Positions 50,868-60,875 of a stretch of DNA of 64,000 bases are shown here, one piece after another; position 1 is the stretch's first letter, and each line of letters begins with the position of its first letter. The position numbers and the translations under genes were made by a program. The stretch spans positions 6,637,997 through 6,701,996 of the forward strand of contig CBDFIS010000006.1 of assembly GCA_965248205.1 (NCBI GenBank). The letters are read 5' to 3'. The DNA is from Bryobacterales bacterium. Lineage in GTDB: Bacteria; Acidobacteriota; Terriglobia; Bryobacterales; UBA6623. Below the pieces are notes generated by a model that had not been told where the DNA came from, did not search any database, and was given only the letters and a program-made list of their open reading frames with translations.

Positions 50868-52290
50868 GCGGAACCGATCTAAAGGAAGAACCTTCGCAAA
50901 GTACGTTCGGCCGATCTTATCCCGCCGGCCAATCAGGTAGTTGCCCAACAGTTCCTCGTCCGCGGGGTTGCTGTATTGGGCCGCTTTCACGACTGCGCGG
51001 ATCTGCTCGTCCGTGAAAGCCATCACTTTTTTGGCGGCCCAGAACTCGTCGTCCGGTAGGCGATTCTCGAAGGCGGGGCTCGGGTAGTTAGGCTTGAACC
51101 GCTCCGGGTCGAAACTGGGGTACTCCAGCATTCCCAGAGCGCGAGACCTTTTGTAGCGGGCACGCATCCAACGGGGCGTATAGATTCCCAAGGTGAGCAT
51201 TTGAGCCACAGCCGGTTTAAAATCCCACAAGTAGGCATTCCCGTCGCGGGCCGAGTTCGACACAACGCTGGCACTCCCGAGAATCGACCCGAAGTCGATC
51301 AGGTAGTGCCTCACAAACTTCACGCCGCCGACTTCCACAAGCGAGTCAAGTGTGTTGATCGCTCGGGAGTCGCTGTGGTTTAGCCAGCCGCAGAAGACGA
51401 ACAGGCCGCGTAGCTCCCGCCGATGCTCGTGATCGATGATGTCATTCGGATCATCCTTGCGGGTTCCGTAATAGCGGAACTCGCCGAGAATCTTGCCGGG
51501 AAGCAGTAGGCTGGCGACACCGCGAAGCCGTCCCTGGTTGTCGCGCGGCACGTTCAAGAGGCTGATGGTGACATCCCTGAGCGTCATGGGACGCTTTTGA
51601 CCAGTAATGTCCTTGAACGTGGTTCCCTTGGCGATGACCAGTCGGTCCCTCGCAAAAGTGACCAAGTAGTTTTCCGGAACGTTGTAGCCGAGGGCATAGA
51701 ACAGGCGAGAACCGACGACGTCCACGCTCGTCGCCATCTCGGGATGCGCTGCTGGGTCGAATTTCAGAAAATACTGACGCCCCTTCGAATCCCGGATGCG
51801 GAACCCCGGCGTCACGCCTTCGGTCTTGGCGGCCACGATCTCCCACGGGCCGTCCAGTGCCGGCGCGTTTTCGTTGCCCGGCCCCCGCATTACGTCTTCG
51901 ACGCTCACGGGGTGAGAGCCGATCCGATTGGTGAACCAGGCACTGTCGGGGACTTCCCCCAAGGTGTTCGCGGACTGCGCCGGAATCAGTTTGATCTGCT
52001 GTCCAGCCTGCTGTGCTTTCCGGATCTCCTTTTCCGTGGGCTGCCGACCGCCCGGCTTGGCGAACATGTTCTGAAACAAGTCGACGTAGTCGTTGAGTTT
52101 CCTGAAACTCGCGTCCTCTACCGGCAGCGGCGGCGGTTCTTTCAGCAGCGGATCATCGGGGTAGAACTTCCCCGCGACCGCCAGCGACGGCAGAAGTATG
52201 GCTAACGCAGCGACAAGTCCGAATCGGCTGGCGCCGGCAAGCGGCCTCTTTGGAGGTCTGACTGCGGTAACCGCCCGCGCCGTTTCTATC
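50868..52290 (-). CDS. Exported atypical kinase-like protein (probably C-terminally truncated; start unclear)
   Basis: Signal peptide; YFLKFD, HPEM, NHSDSRAIN and YLIDFGS motifs. The tail after LDRFR (to stop 50388) looks like read-through. Confidence 0.65.
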
Positions 52291-52294
52291 TCGC

Positions 52295-52451
52295 CTAGCA
52301 GCCCGTGGTGAAAGTAAACGTCGCGAAAAATCGGGTACAGCCAGCCAATTCGCTTCAGGCTAGGTGCTTCGTTTCGAGGGCCAGGATGGAGAGCGAATTG
52401 GTGGCAGTCCCCATTTTTCGCTCCCACCCGACCTTTGCCACGGGCTGCTAG
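52295..52451 (+). mobile_element. 157-bp MITE, family B
   Basis: TIR CTAGCAGCCCGTGG / CCACGGGCTGCTAG; same ends as 63599-63764. Confidence 0.9.
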
Positions 52452-52458
52452 TCGGTTG

Positions 52459-53823
52459 CTAGAATACATTTCCAAATTTGAGCCAAATCTGTGGTCCTTC
52501 ATGACTAAAGCCTACGTCGATCCGTATGAAGACACTGTTAGCTGCATTGAACCGGAAACCGAAACCTGCTGAGCCCTCGAGGTCGTGGAAGTTGATCTCC
52601 GAACGCTTGGGAGTAACCTTGCCCGCATCGAAGAACAGGGCCATATCCAGGCCGCTAAACGCTTCCCAACGATACTCCGCTGTCGCCACGATCAAGTTGT
52701 CATCGTAGAAGCGCCACTGCCGGAAGCCGCGCAGGTCATCCGATCCGCCCAAGACCGGCTGCATATAGAAAGGAACAACGGCGCTGCCGTTAGCGAAGGT
52801 CATGATTGTCTTGGCGCGGAGCGCAATGACTCTTTTTCTGTTGAAAAACGGAAAATAGTGCTGGGCATCCAGATCTAGCCTTCGGTGGCTGTGGCTCTCG
52901 AGATTACGGTCATGGTAGTAGACAAACCGGGCCGCATAGTTGCCTCCTATTCGCGGCGTGCCGGGGACGTCTCGATTGTCGAACTGGACGAAAAATCCGC
53001 CTCGCAGAAAATCCGGCTGGTCGATCAGTCCGGGAATCGACGAAGGGGGGAAAACGTCACCGATCTGGACATCATCGTGACCCCGGCCCGTGTTGGGCTG
53101 GTACAAGCCTCCCGTCACACCCAACGTGAACGGTCTGAAGGGATGCAACCCTATTGTAAAGTCGTAGCTGTTCTCCTCGATCCGATAGTTCGTCTCGTTA
53201 CTTTCTTTCGAGTCCGGACCTGGTCCGAAATACTCGAACATCGGAGAGTTTCGGTGCAAGGCGTGGAAGTCCAAGGTGAACTTCCCGTTTGCCAGCTTGG
53301 GCATTGTGACCTGTAGATCTGCCAGCCAGGCTGTGGTGAGTGTCCCGGCCAGCGAGGTGCGGAAAACGACGTTGCCGTCGGCCAGGTCACGACGCAAATA
53401 CTCCGGACCTACTGCAAAACCCTGCCCTGTCGGCATGCCGCCAAGCCTGACGCCCAAGCCATCCGCTCCCACCATGAGACGTTCGATAACTCTTTGACGG
53501 TCAAGGTTGTTGAGCCGTTCTTCGATTTTGTAGGACACCTCCGGTTCGAGGCGGTCGGCCTTTTCTTTCCGCGCGGCGCGAATCTCGTCCTCGCGTGTTT
53601 CATGTTGAGCGGCCAACGGCACCGCCAGCAACATGCCGACAAGAAAGCATCGCTCGAACCGTGCCGCTCTGTGCGATGGGGAGGAACCAACGGTTCGCTT
53701 TGAAGGAAGCCCCTGCACGGTGTCATTCCATACGGTCTGCGCAGGCGGGCTCTTGCTCGGTGAGGCTTCGCTGTGAAGGTCGGGAACCACCAGAAAACGC
53801 CCGGACGAACCACCGCAAATCAC
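52459..53823 (-). CDS. Omp85/BamA-TamA family outer-membrane beta-barrel (no evident POTRA domains)
   Basis: LGGSDDLRGF lid-lock motif, AEYRW, FFDAG, GFGFRF and terminal Phe. True start probably downstream of 53823. Confidence 0.88.
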   Translation of the reverse strand: MICGGSSGRFLVVPDLHSEASPSKSPPAQTVWNDTVQGLPSKRTVGSSPSHRAARFERCFLVGMLLAVPLAAQHETREDEIRAARKEKADRLEPEVSYKIEERLNNLDRQRVIERLMVGADGLGVRLGGMPTGQGFAVGPEYLRRDLADGNVVFRTSLAGTLTTAWLADLQVTMPKLANGKFTLDFHALHRNSPMFEYFGPGPDSKESNETNYRIEENSYDFTIGLHPFRPFTLGVTGGLYQPNTGRGHDDVQIGDVFPPSSIPGLIDQPDFLRGGFFVQFDNRDVPGTPRIGGNYAARFVYYHDRNLESHSHRRLDLDAQHYFPFFNRKRVIALRAKTIMTFANGSAVVPFYMQPVLGGSDDLRGFRQWRFYDDNLIVATAEYRWEAFSGLDMALFFDAGKVTPKRSEINFHDLEGSAGFGFRFNAANSVFIRIDVGFSHEGPQIWLKFGNVF

Positions 53824-54015
53824 GGGGGGATTAGGCTGCCAGTATAGGGTTAGACGAGGCAGGTTTACAAGTTGTCGGGTTCACAGCGGGCCCGGTGAAC
53901 CAAATGGTCGTATGCGAGTCTCTCACGCAAGGATTTGCCAGCGCTGACAGGGAGATGACTTGCGGGGCAGGACCGGCAGAGCCATACGTGGTTTAGAATA
54001 AAGCAGACAGACGAC

Positions 54016-54093
54016 GCTGGCGTAGCTCAGATTGGCTAGAGCGCCTGACTGTGGATCAGGAGGTCCCCGGTTCGATCCCGGGCGCCAGTACCA
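54016..54093 (+). tRNA. tRNA-His(GTG)
   Basis: Cloverleaf: acceptor GCTGGCG/CGCCAGT, D stem GCTC/GAGC, anticodon CCTGA-CTGTGGA-TCAGG, T arm CCCGG-TTCGATC-CCGGG, discriminator A, encoded CCA. Confidence 0.97.
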
Positions 54094-54130
54094 TTCTTTT
54101 CTACAACAAGTTGCTACTTAGGAGGATGTC

Positions 54131-54574
54131 GTGAACCCTGTTATTGCTCGCTTTTCCCTCTTACGGATTGTTGTTCTCGTTGTCTCAGTGACTCTCATGC
54201 TGCTGGGCGTATCGATCCCGTCGAGTTTCGGGGCCGACGACGGGCGTGTCTTTGAGCTTCGAGTCTACACGGCTCACGAAGGAAAACTGGATGATCTTCA
54301 CAGCCGTTTTCGAGAGACGACGAATCCCCTTTTCGTCAAACATGGAATCGCCCTCATTGGGTACTGGACTCCTACGGATGGCGAGCGAAGCGGTAACACC
54401 TTGATCTACGTCGTCGGGCATCAGAGCCGAGAGGCGGCGAAAGCGGCCTGGGAGGCCTTCCGGGAGGACCCGGAGTGGAAGGCCGGCTACGCGGCATCCA
54501 TTGAGAACGGAAAGCTGGTGAGTAAGGTGGAGTCGACGTACATGAAGGCTACTGACTACTCGCCTGTCCAGTAG
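54131..54574 (+). CDS. NIPSNAP family protein
   Basis: VFELRVY..HEGKL..LHSRF, FREDPEW and TDYSP motifs; AGGAGG RBS; signal peptide. Confidence 0.92.
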   Translation: MNPVIARFSLLRIVVLVVSVTLMLLGVSIPSSFGADDGRVFELRVYTAHEGKLDDLHSRFRETTNPLFVKHGIALIGYWTPTDGERSGNTLIYVVGHQSREAAKAAWEAFREDPEWKAGYAASIENGKLVSKVESTYMKATDYSPVQ

Positions 54575-54939
54575 CTGTTGTCTTCCCTTCGGCGGTCGGT
54601 GAGCGGTCACCCACTTGAGTCTTACACAGCAAGCGGTTACCGTGGTCCGGCTACACGTTGTGTTCGTGCCGCTCTTATTTTCGTTCCACGCCGGCCGTCC
54701 AAACTCCCGTGACGAAAGAGGGCCTGTGGCGCATTTCTCACGACAGAACTTTAGGAGCCGGCCACTGTGCCCGCCTAGAGAAGTTTTTGCCCGGTTTGGT
54801 CACGTGATCGAATGCAACGCGGTGTGAATCTCGCTGCATGGGCGGACACGGCGGTCCGCCCCTACAACATAACGTTCGTTCAAAGCGGGCCATCCGAACC
54901 TTCGTGAGAAGAGCGGGCTAGTGGCGCTGAATAGCATCC

Positions 54940-56481
54940 TCAGGTGCTGCCGACTCGGGTCGCGTCGACAAACTGTTCGGTGGTGTCGTCAAGAGAGCGG
55001 GCCTGGCGGCCGCTGTCTTCGTGAATGTAGAGCAGTTTGGGATCTACCTGATCCCGAGGGGCGGGAGGAAGTGCGATTTCATAGCTGACCGGTCGCTTGT
55101 GGTCCGCCAACTGCAACTTCGGATTGTAGACGCTGTTGAACTTCCACAATAGCTTGACGAAGTTCGTCTGGCCTCGTAGCAGGTGCCCGAGGGCCAGCGT
55201 TGCGGCGCCACGAAGTGCCGTCCAGCCGAGGTGTTTTTGGTTTAACACTTGCTGAGTTCGTACCAGCTCTTTGTAGAACTCGGGCAACGGAAGTTTCGTC
55301 GGAAGGACGGCATGCTGAATATCGAATAGCCGATAGTCGCGTGTCGTAATACGCCGCGACTCGGTATGCCAGGTTTCGGTGCCCGGGTAGGGGGTATTCA
55401 CACTGATGCTGACGATCTCGGGAATCTCGAGACACCATTGGCGGATCACCTCGAAGCGCGCTTTGTCCCAGTCAGGATCGGCAATGAGGTTGATCGCGAC
55501 GTGAATATCGAGTGAGCGCGCGAAATCCAACGCCTCGAAGTTCTTGCTTAGCGTAATTCGCTTGCGGTACTTGTTGAGGCCTTCTTCGTCGATAGCCTCC
55601 ACGCCGAGGAACATGTACCGCAGGCCAAGCTTCCTCCATAGCCGAAAAGCCTCTTTGTTTCGCAGCAACACATCGCCGCGCGTCTCGAGGTAGTAGTTCT
55701 TCCGAATACCCTTCGCGGCCACGGCTTCCCCGATGCTCACGGCCTGGTCCGACTGGATGAACGCCACGTCATCGACAATGAAAACGCCCGGCTCCTTTAC
55801 GCGGGCCAGATCCTCCACAGCGCGTTCCGTGGTGACCGTCCGGTAGCTGCGGCCGTAGAAGGTCCACGCGCTACAAAAGGAGCAGTCCCACGGGCAGCCG
55901 CGCGTGAACTCGATCGAAGCGCAGGGGTCTAGTTCACCCAGAAAGTACTTGCGTCGGTGCCGCAACAGGTCCCGGGCCGGCCACACGTCGTCCAGCGAAT
56001 CAACGAAACTGGGGGCAGGTCCGCTACCCTCTAGCGTGACCACGCCCGCGACTTTGTCCACCGACCGGCGATCGTGTTCTACGGCTTCGAGCAGGGCGGG
56101 CACACCTGCTTCTCCCTCCCCGAGCAAGATGCAGTCAATGGTTCCCGCTCCGTGTTCGAGGATTTCTTGTGCCGTAAACGACGCGCTGTGGCCCCCGATG
56201 AAAAAGAATACGTCCGGCAGCTTCTGCCTGCTGGCTTTGGCCAGGTCGATGATCTCGGGGATGTTGGCCAGGTAGTTGCACGAGAATGCGATGACCTCGG
56301 GCTGCCAATCATCGAGGACTCGAAAGTAATCCCGGTGGCTTTCGACCTGTAGGTCGAGCAGCCGAACCTCGTGACCTGCCCGACGTGCTGTCTCGGCTAC
56401 CAGCTCGAGGCCCAGAGGTTCCAGCCGCAGGAAGATCTTTGTATACATCAAGGGGCCGGGATGCACCGCAAGGACTCTCAT
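54940..56481 (-). CDS. hpnR: Hopanoid C-3 methylase (B12-binding radical SAM)
   Basis: N-terminus MRVLAVHPGPLMYTKIFLRLEPLGLE, RGCPWDCSFCSAW and YRLFDIQHAVLPT match my recollection of HpnR. Confidence 0.85.
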   Translation of the reverse strand: MRVLAVHPGPLMYTKIFLRLEPLGLELVAETARRAGHEVRLLDLQVESHRDYFRVLDDWQPEVIAFSCNYLANIPEIIDLAKASRQKLPDVFFFIGGHSASFTAQEILEHGAGTIDCILLGEGEAGVPALLEAVEHDRRSVDKVAGVVTLEGSGPAPSFVDSLDDVWPARDLLRHRRKYFLGELDPCASIEFTRGCPWDCSFCSAWTFYGRSYRTVTTERAVEDLARVKEPGVFIVDDVAFIQSDQAVSIGEAVAAKGIRKNYYLETRGDVLLRNKEAFRLWRKLGLRYMFLGVEAIDEEGLNKYRKRITLSKNFEALDFARSLDIHVAINLIADPDWDKARFEVIRQWCLEIPEIVSISVNTPYPGTETWHTESRRITTRDYRLFDIQHAVLPTKLPLPEFYKELVRTQQVLNQKHLGWTALRGAATLALGHLLRGQTNFVKLLWKFNSVYNPKLQLADHKRPVSYEIALPPAPRDQVDPKLLYIHEDSGRQARSLDDTTEQFVDATRVGST

Positions 56482-56846
56482 GATGGCGCGCCTTTTTTCC
56501 GATTCGCCCGAAGCGCCGGGCGAAACCGGAGGAGAACCAAGTGTACACGGTATGCCCGTGGCCTGACCATTAGCTGGGCACTTCCGACGAAGCGGCTCCT
56601 TTTCCGTTTCGCGGGGTGCACGAATTCATCGTGCGACAACAGGGTCTTGCCTGACAGCGTGACTGCGACCAGAAGTCGACTCAGGCGCGCCGCCCCTGGC
56701 GGCGCGCTCTCGAGTTTGGCGTTTTGACTAGATAGATTCCCACATTTGAGAGGACGAGAGCGGGCCGAGGGGATAAAAACTCTTGCTGGGGCGAAACATT
56801 GTGAGGTATTCTGGTATCCAGTTATATAACTAGATAAGGAGGCGAC

Positions 56847-57005
56847 ATGGGTTACCCTACCAGAGTCCAACTCATCAACCGCAAAGCCAGTCAGCAGTGG
56901 TACGTCAACTTCCCTTCCGCCTTGGCCCAGGCGCTGGAATTCTCGCGCGGTGAAACCGTCGAGTGGGTCATCGAAGACCGCTCCCAACTGCTGTTGAACC
57001 GTCGG
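56847..57005 (+). pseudogene. Small AbrB-like IS accessory ORF (3' end fused to IS481 remnant)
   Basis: MGYPTRVQLI...QWYVNFPSALAQALEF.RGETVEW with AAGGAGG RBS; this ORF type usually precedes a transposase. Confidence 0.55.
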
Positions 57006-57282
57006 CAGGTGCGCCCCGGACTGCTGTGGGGGCGCCGGCTGTGCTCCTCCAGCCCGGCCACGCCTCCCGATTGGTAGCGCCTCCACCACTTGTAACCCGT
57101 CGCCCGGCTGATCTCAAACTCCCGACACAACGCCGCCATCGATTGCTCCCTGCGCTCGGCCGCTACCGCAAATCGTATCCGCTGCTCGTACACATCCACC
57201 TCGTTCCAGGCCATTCGCGCAGCTTCTCAGCTGTCTGCGATGTCCTGATAACGAACTGTCTACCATGTCATGAGATTGAACA
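57005..57282 (-). mobile_element. IS481-family remnant (left end + HTH of transposase)
   Basis: MAWNEV..QRIRF..LCREFEISRATGYKWWRRY..SRRPHSSP. TGT-type end at 57282. Confidence 0.8.
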
Positions 57283-57377
57283 TCCCCAGGCCGGCCGAGT
57301 CATTTCTGAGCTGCTCGCACGAAAAGAGCCCAGTCTAAAGGGGGCGCAGACTTTCTCCAACCAACCTAAACCGCCGC

Positions 57378-58682
57378 CTACGACCCGTCTCCGCCACCCG
57401 CGTTGGTTTTCCCGCTGGTTGCTTTCTTCGCGTTGGCTGTTTCCCCGCGGATCAATTCCTCGTAGGTTTCCCGTTCACGAATCACTTGAAATCGATCTCC
57501 CTCGACCAGCACCTCGGGCGGACGCGGGCGGGAGTTGTAGTTGGACGACAGGACAAAGCCATAGGCCCCTGCCGTCAAGACCGCCAGCAGCTCGCTGGGC
57601 TCGACATCTTCCATTTCTCGATCGCGAGCCAGAAAATCACCCGTTTCGCATACGGGCCCCACAACGTCGGCACGCACAACCGCGCGTCCGCTCGACCGCG
57701 CGATCGGGATGATCTCGTGATGTGACTGATAAAGGGCCGGCCGGATCAGGTCGTTCATCCCGGCGTCGACGATGACGAACTCCTTGCTGCCCGTCCGCTT
57801 GCGATAAAGAACTCTCGTTAGTAACACGCCGGCCTGACCGACAATCGAGCGCCCCGGCTCGAGCAGTAGCGTCAGGCCTTTTCCCTCCACGGCCTCCGCC
57901 AGCACACTCGCGTAGTCGCCGACCGACGGGCTCGGGTCCTGGTCCCGATAGGCAACCGCCAAGCCTCCGCCCAGATCCAGATAGCGGATGTTAAATCCGC
58001 GCTTTCTAAGGTCCAGCGCCAACGCGATGACCTTGTCGAGCGCCTCAAGGAGAGCTCCCGTGTCGAAGATTTGTGACCCAATGTGGCAGCTCACTCCTTC
58101 AAACTGAACATGGGACAGGGAGGCGTGCCTTTCATAGATTCCCTCCGCCTTTTCCATCTCCACACCGAACTTGTGTTCCCGCAGGCCAGTAGCGACATAG
58201 GGGTGCGTCTCGGCGTCTATGTCCGGATTGACTCGCAGGGCGGCTCTGGGGCGAGAGTCAAGGCGCTCCGCAAGCTGGTTCAGCAACAACAGCTCCGCTT
58301 CCGACTCACAGTTGAAGAACCCAATATTGGAACGAAGTGCGTACTCGATTTCCTCTGCCGTCTTACCTACGCCGGAGAACACAACTTTGGACGGGTCTCC
58401 TCCAGCCTGCAGTACGCGGAATAATTCACCTCCGGAGACGATATCGAACCCCGCTCCTTCGCCGGCGAGCAGTGCCAGTAGGCCTAACGACGAATTGGCC
58501 TTGACGGAGTAGTGAACCTGGTGAGGGCTCGGCAGGGCAGTTGAGTAGGCTCGATAGTTGGCGACAATCGAGCTCGCCGAATACACATAGCAGGGCGTAC
58601 CGAGATCGGCAGCGAGGTCACCTAGAGAGACGCTCTCGCAGTAGAGCTGCTCCTGTCGATACTCGAATCCCAACCTTGGCAT
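57378..58682 (-). CDS. lysA: Diaminopimelate decarboxylase
   Basis: YSVKANS, HIGSQ, DLGGG, EPGRSIV, GPVCETGD and SSNYNSRPR motifs. Confidence 0.96.
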   Translation of the reverse strand: MPRLGFEYRQEQLYCESVSLGDLAADLGTPCYVYSASSIVANYRAYSTALPSPHQVHYSVKANSSLGLLALLAGEGAGFDIVSGGELFRVLQAGGDPSKVVFSGVGKTAEEIEYALRSNIGFFNCESEAELLLLNQLAERLDSRPRAALRVNPDIDAETHPYVATGLREHKFGVEMEKAEGIYERHASLSHVQFEGVSCHIGSQIFDTGALLEALDKVIALALDLRKRGFNIRYLDLGGGLAVAYRDQDPSPSVGDYASVLAEAVEGKGLTLLLEPGRSIVGQAGVLLTRVLYRKRTGSKEFVIVDAGMNDLIRPALYQSHHEIIPIARSSGRAVVRADVVGPVCETGDFLARDREMEDVEPSELLAVLTAGAYGFVLSSNYNSRPRPPEVLVEGDRFQVIRERETYEELIRGETANAKKATSGKTNAGGGDGS

Positions 58683-58884
58683 TGGCCTGTGAGCTTATTC
58701 CTGCAAGTCTAAAGTAGAGGTGATATCGCTCCTGATTTGGACCGACGACACCTCTTCAGGCAGAAGTCAGAGCCGTCAACGTCAGTTCGGCAACCAACCA
58801 CTCAGGAACCGGGCCTGCCAAATCTAGCGCTACTCTTGGTCCTGCGTTTCGTAAACACACTCACACTTCGGCCCGAGTGCAAGC

Positions 58885-58953
58885 GGGCACGGCATGCTGT
58901 GCCCTACAAATATGTGGGGTCGCTTGAAACGTGGGGCACGGCAGGCCGTGCCC
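58885..58953. repeat. REP-like palindromes (GGGCACGGCA..CGTGCCC family)
   Basis: Two hairpins here; related copies at ~23570, ~37299, ~4596 and ~54840, some with GTAG/CTAC ends. Confidence 0.7.
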
Positions 58954-59014
58954 AAAGTTCCCGATCGTCCACCTGGCTTCTAACATACGTGACCGTACCA
59001 ATGACATGGACCAC

Positions 59015-60766
59015 TTACTCCGTCGCCTTAACAACGATAATCGTGCAGTCGTCGTCTTTGCGGCCGCCGGCGGTGAACTCTTCGACGTCCTCGAAGATTC
59101 CATCGAGAAGTTCCGAAGCCGGCGCGCCGGCGTGGCGCTCGAGAATCTGGGGCAGCCGTTCTTCCCCGTACTGCTTGCGAGTGACGTCTTCGCTTTCGGT
59201 GATACCGTCGGAAAAAAGCACGAGCGTATCTCCTGGGCTCAGCGTCAACTTGAGCTCCTCGTATTTCGAACCCGGCAAAAGGCCCAGGGGGATTCCGGTC
59301 ACCGCCAGCATGTGTTTCTCCGCCTTGCGGAGAAGAAACGGACGCGGTTGCCCCGCGTTGGCAAGCCGCAACGTTCGTGTCTCGCGGTGCCACAGAGCGT
59401 ACAAAGCCGTCAAATAGCGGGTCTCGATCTTGCGATCCAGAAGCGCGCCGTTGGCATCTGATAACAGTTGAGCCGGCAAGCGCTCCGGTCCCACGAGGTT
59501 CCTCACCAAGCCACTGAACAACGCCCCGTATAGCGCAGCGGCGGCGCCCTTGCCGCTCACGTCTCCCAACAGGATGCCCACGACCCCGTTGTCGAACGGA
59601 AAAAACTCGTAAAGATCTCCGGTCACCTCAGTGGCCGATCTATTTCGGGCTGCGATCTCAAGCCCCTGGCAGGAAGGACAACTTTCCGCCAGCAAATGTT
59701 TTTGCAACTCCCGGGCGGCCGTCAGGTCTCGCTCCATTCTCTCTTCGTTCTGGCGCACTTGCTCATAGAGACGAGCGTTTTCGATCGCAGTGGCCACCCA
59801 GGGAGCCAACAGCGAGAGCAACTGCAGGTGAGCTTTCGAAAACGATCCCACTTGCTTGCTTTCCAGGTTGAGGACGCCGATTACCTCGTCCTTGGCGATC
59901 AGCGGTACCGCCAGCTCGGACCGGATACCCTCAACGAGTTCCACATAGCGGGCGTCACGCTTCGTGTCGCGCACAAGCACCGGCTGCCCCGAGTGTGCCG
60001 CGGCGCCAACGATGCCCTTGCCCAACGGTATGCTCTCTAATTGCACCCGTTGGTCGAAGCGGACACCGTAGTAGTGTTTGAGCGCCTCCGCTTTCGGGTC
60101 CAGCAACAAGACGCTAAAGGCGTCGTACGGGATCTGGCCTCGCACGGAGGACGACACTTTGTTGAGCAACCCCTCGAGTCGCAGAATCTGTGAAAACTCC
60201 TGGGCGATCTCGGTCAGCGTGCGCAGGGTGCGGTTTTGGCGAACCGTCGCGCGATACAGCCGAGCGGCGTCAATCGCCAACGAAAAGCGAGAGCCGATGA
60301 GCTCGAGGATGTTCCGCTCGCGATCGCTGAAAGCATTCAATTCGGGGGACTGCAGGTCGACGACACCCACTATCTTGCCGCGCGCAACCAGCGGCACCGC
60401 CATCTCGGAGCGCACGTTGTCGACCGCGGGGATGTATCGGGAATCGCGGCTTACATCGTTGACGATGACCGGCTTGAGCTGTTGAGCCGCCGTTCCGGTG
60501 ATGCCTTCTCCGATCTGAATACGCAAAGACCGAACGACGTCGTCCCCGTAACCGATGGAGAATCGAATTCGTAACGCGTCACCCTTTTCGGTGCTAAGTA
60601 ATACGGCAAAGAGCTGATAGTCGATGACTTTGCGGATGAGATCGGCCAGGGCTTGCAACAGCTCGTCTAAATTCAGCGTGTGGCCCGCGGCAATGTCCGA
60701 CGCCTCGATAAGGATTTCCAAGGGGTCGAGACCGCGGCGCGTCGAAGCTGGTGACGGCGAAGACAT
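59015..60766 (-). CDS. GAF-GAF-SpoIIE (PP2C, RsbU-like) phosphatase
   Basis: Two GAF domains (GEGITG..VNDV; RSELAVPL) and GDLY, GDVSGKG, SDGITE, DDCT motifs. Confidence 0.94.
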   Translation of the reverse strand: MSSPSPASTRRGLDPLEILIEASDIAAGHTLNLDELLQALADLIRKVIDYQLFAVLLSTEKGDALRIRFSIGYGDDVVRSLRIQIGEGITGTAAQQLKPVIVNDVSRDSRYIPAVDNVRSEMAVPLVARGKIVGVVDLQSPELNAFSDRERNILELIGSRFSLAIDAARLYRATVRQNRTLRTLTEIAQEFSQILRLEGLLNKVSSSVRGQIPYDAFSVLLLDPKAEALKHYYGVRFDQRVQLESIPLGKGIVGAAAHSGQPVLVRDTKRDARYVELVEGIRSELAVPLIAKDEVIGVLNLESKQVGSFSKAHLQLLSLLAPWVATAIENARLYEQVRQNEERMERDLTAARELQKHLLAESCPSCQGLEIAARNRSATEVTGDLYEFFPFDNGVVGILLGDVSGKGAAAALYGALFSGLVRNLVGPERLPAQLLSDANGALLDRKIETRYLTALYALWHRETRTLRLANAGQPRPFLLRKAEKHMLAVTGIPLGLLPGSKYEELKLTLSPGDTLVLFSDGITESEDVTRKQYGEERLPQILERHAGAPASELLDGIFEDVEEFTAGGRKDDDCTIIVVKATE

Positions 60767-60875
60767 GAGAGTTCTACTAGGAACTAGATGCTCGATTACT
60801 GAGTCTCGCAGATCATGATGACATGGCTCGTGTTCAAGCTATGGGGGCGCAGCATGCCGTGCCGGTGCTACAAAG

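Noticed and set aside
50388-52502. 704-aa ORF as a single real protein
   Set aside because: Its N-terminus is translated MITE sequence and its C-terminal part is read-through across the scar.
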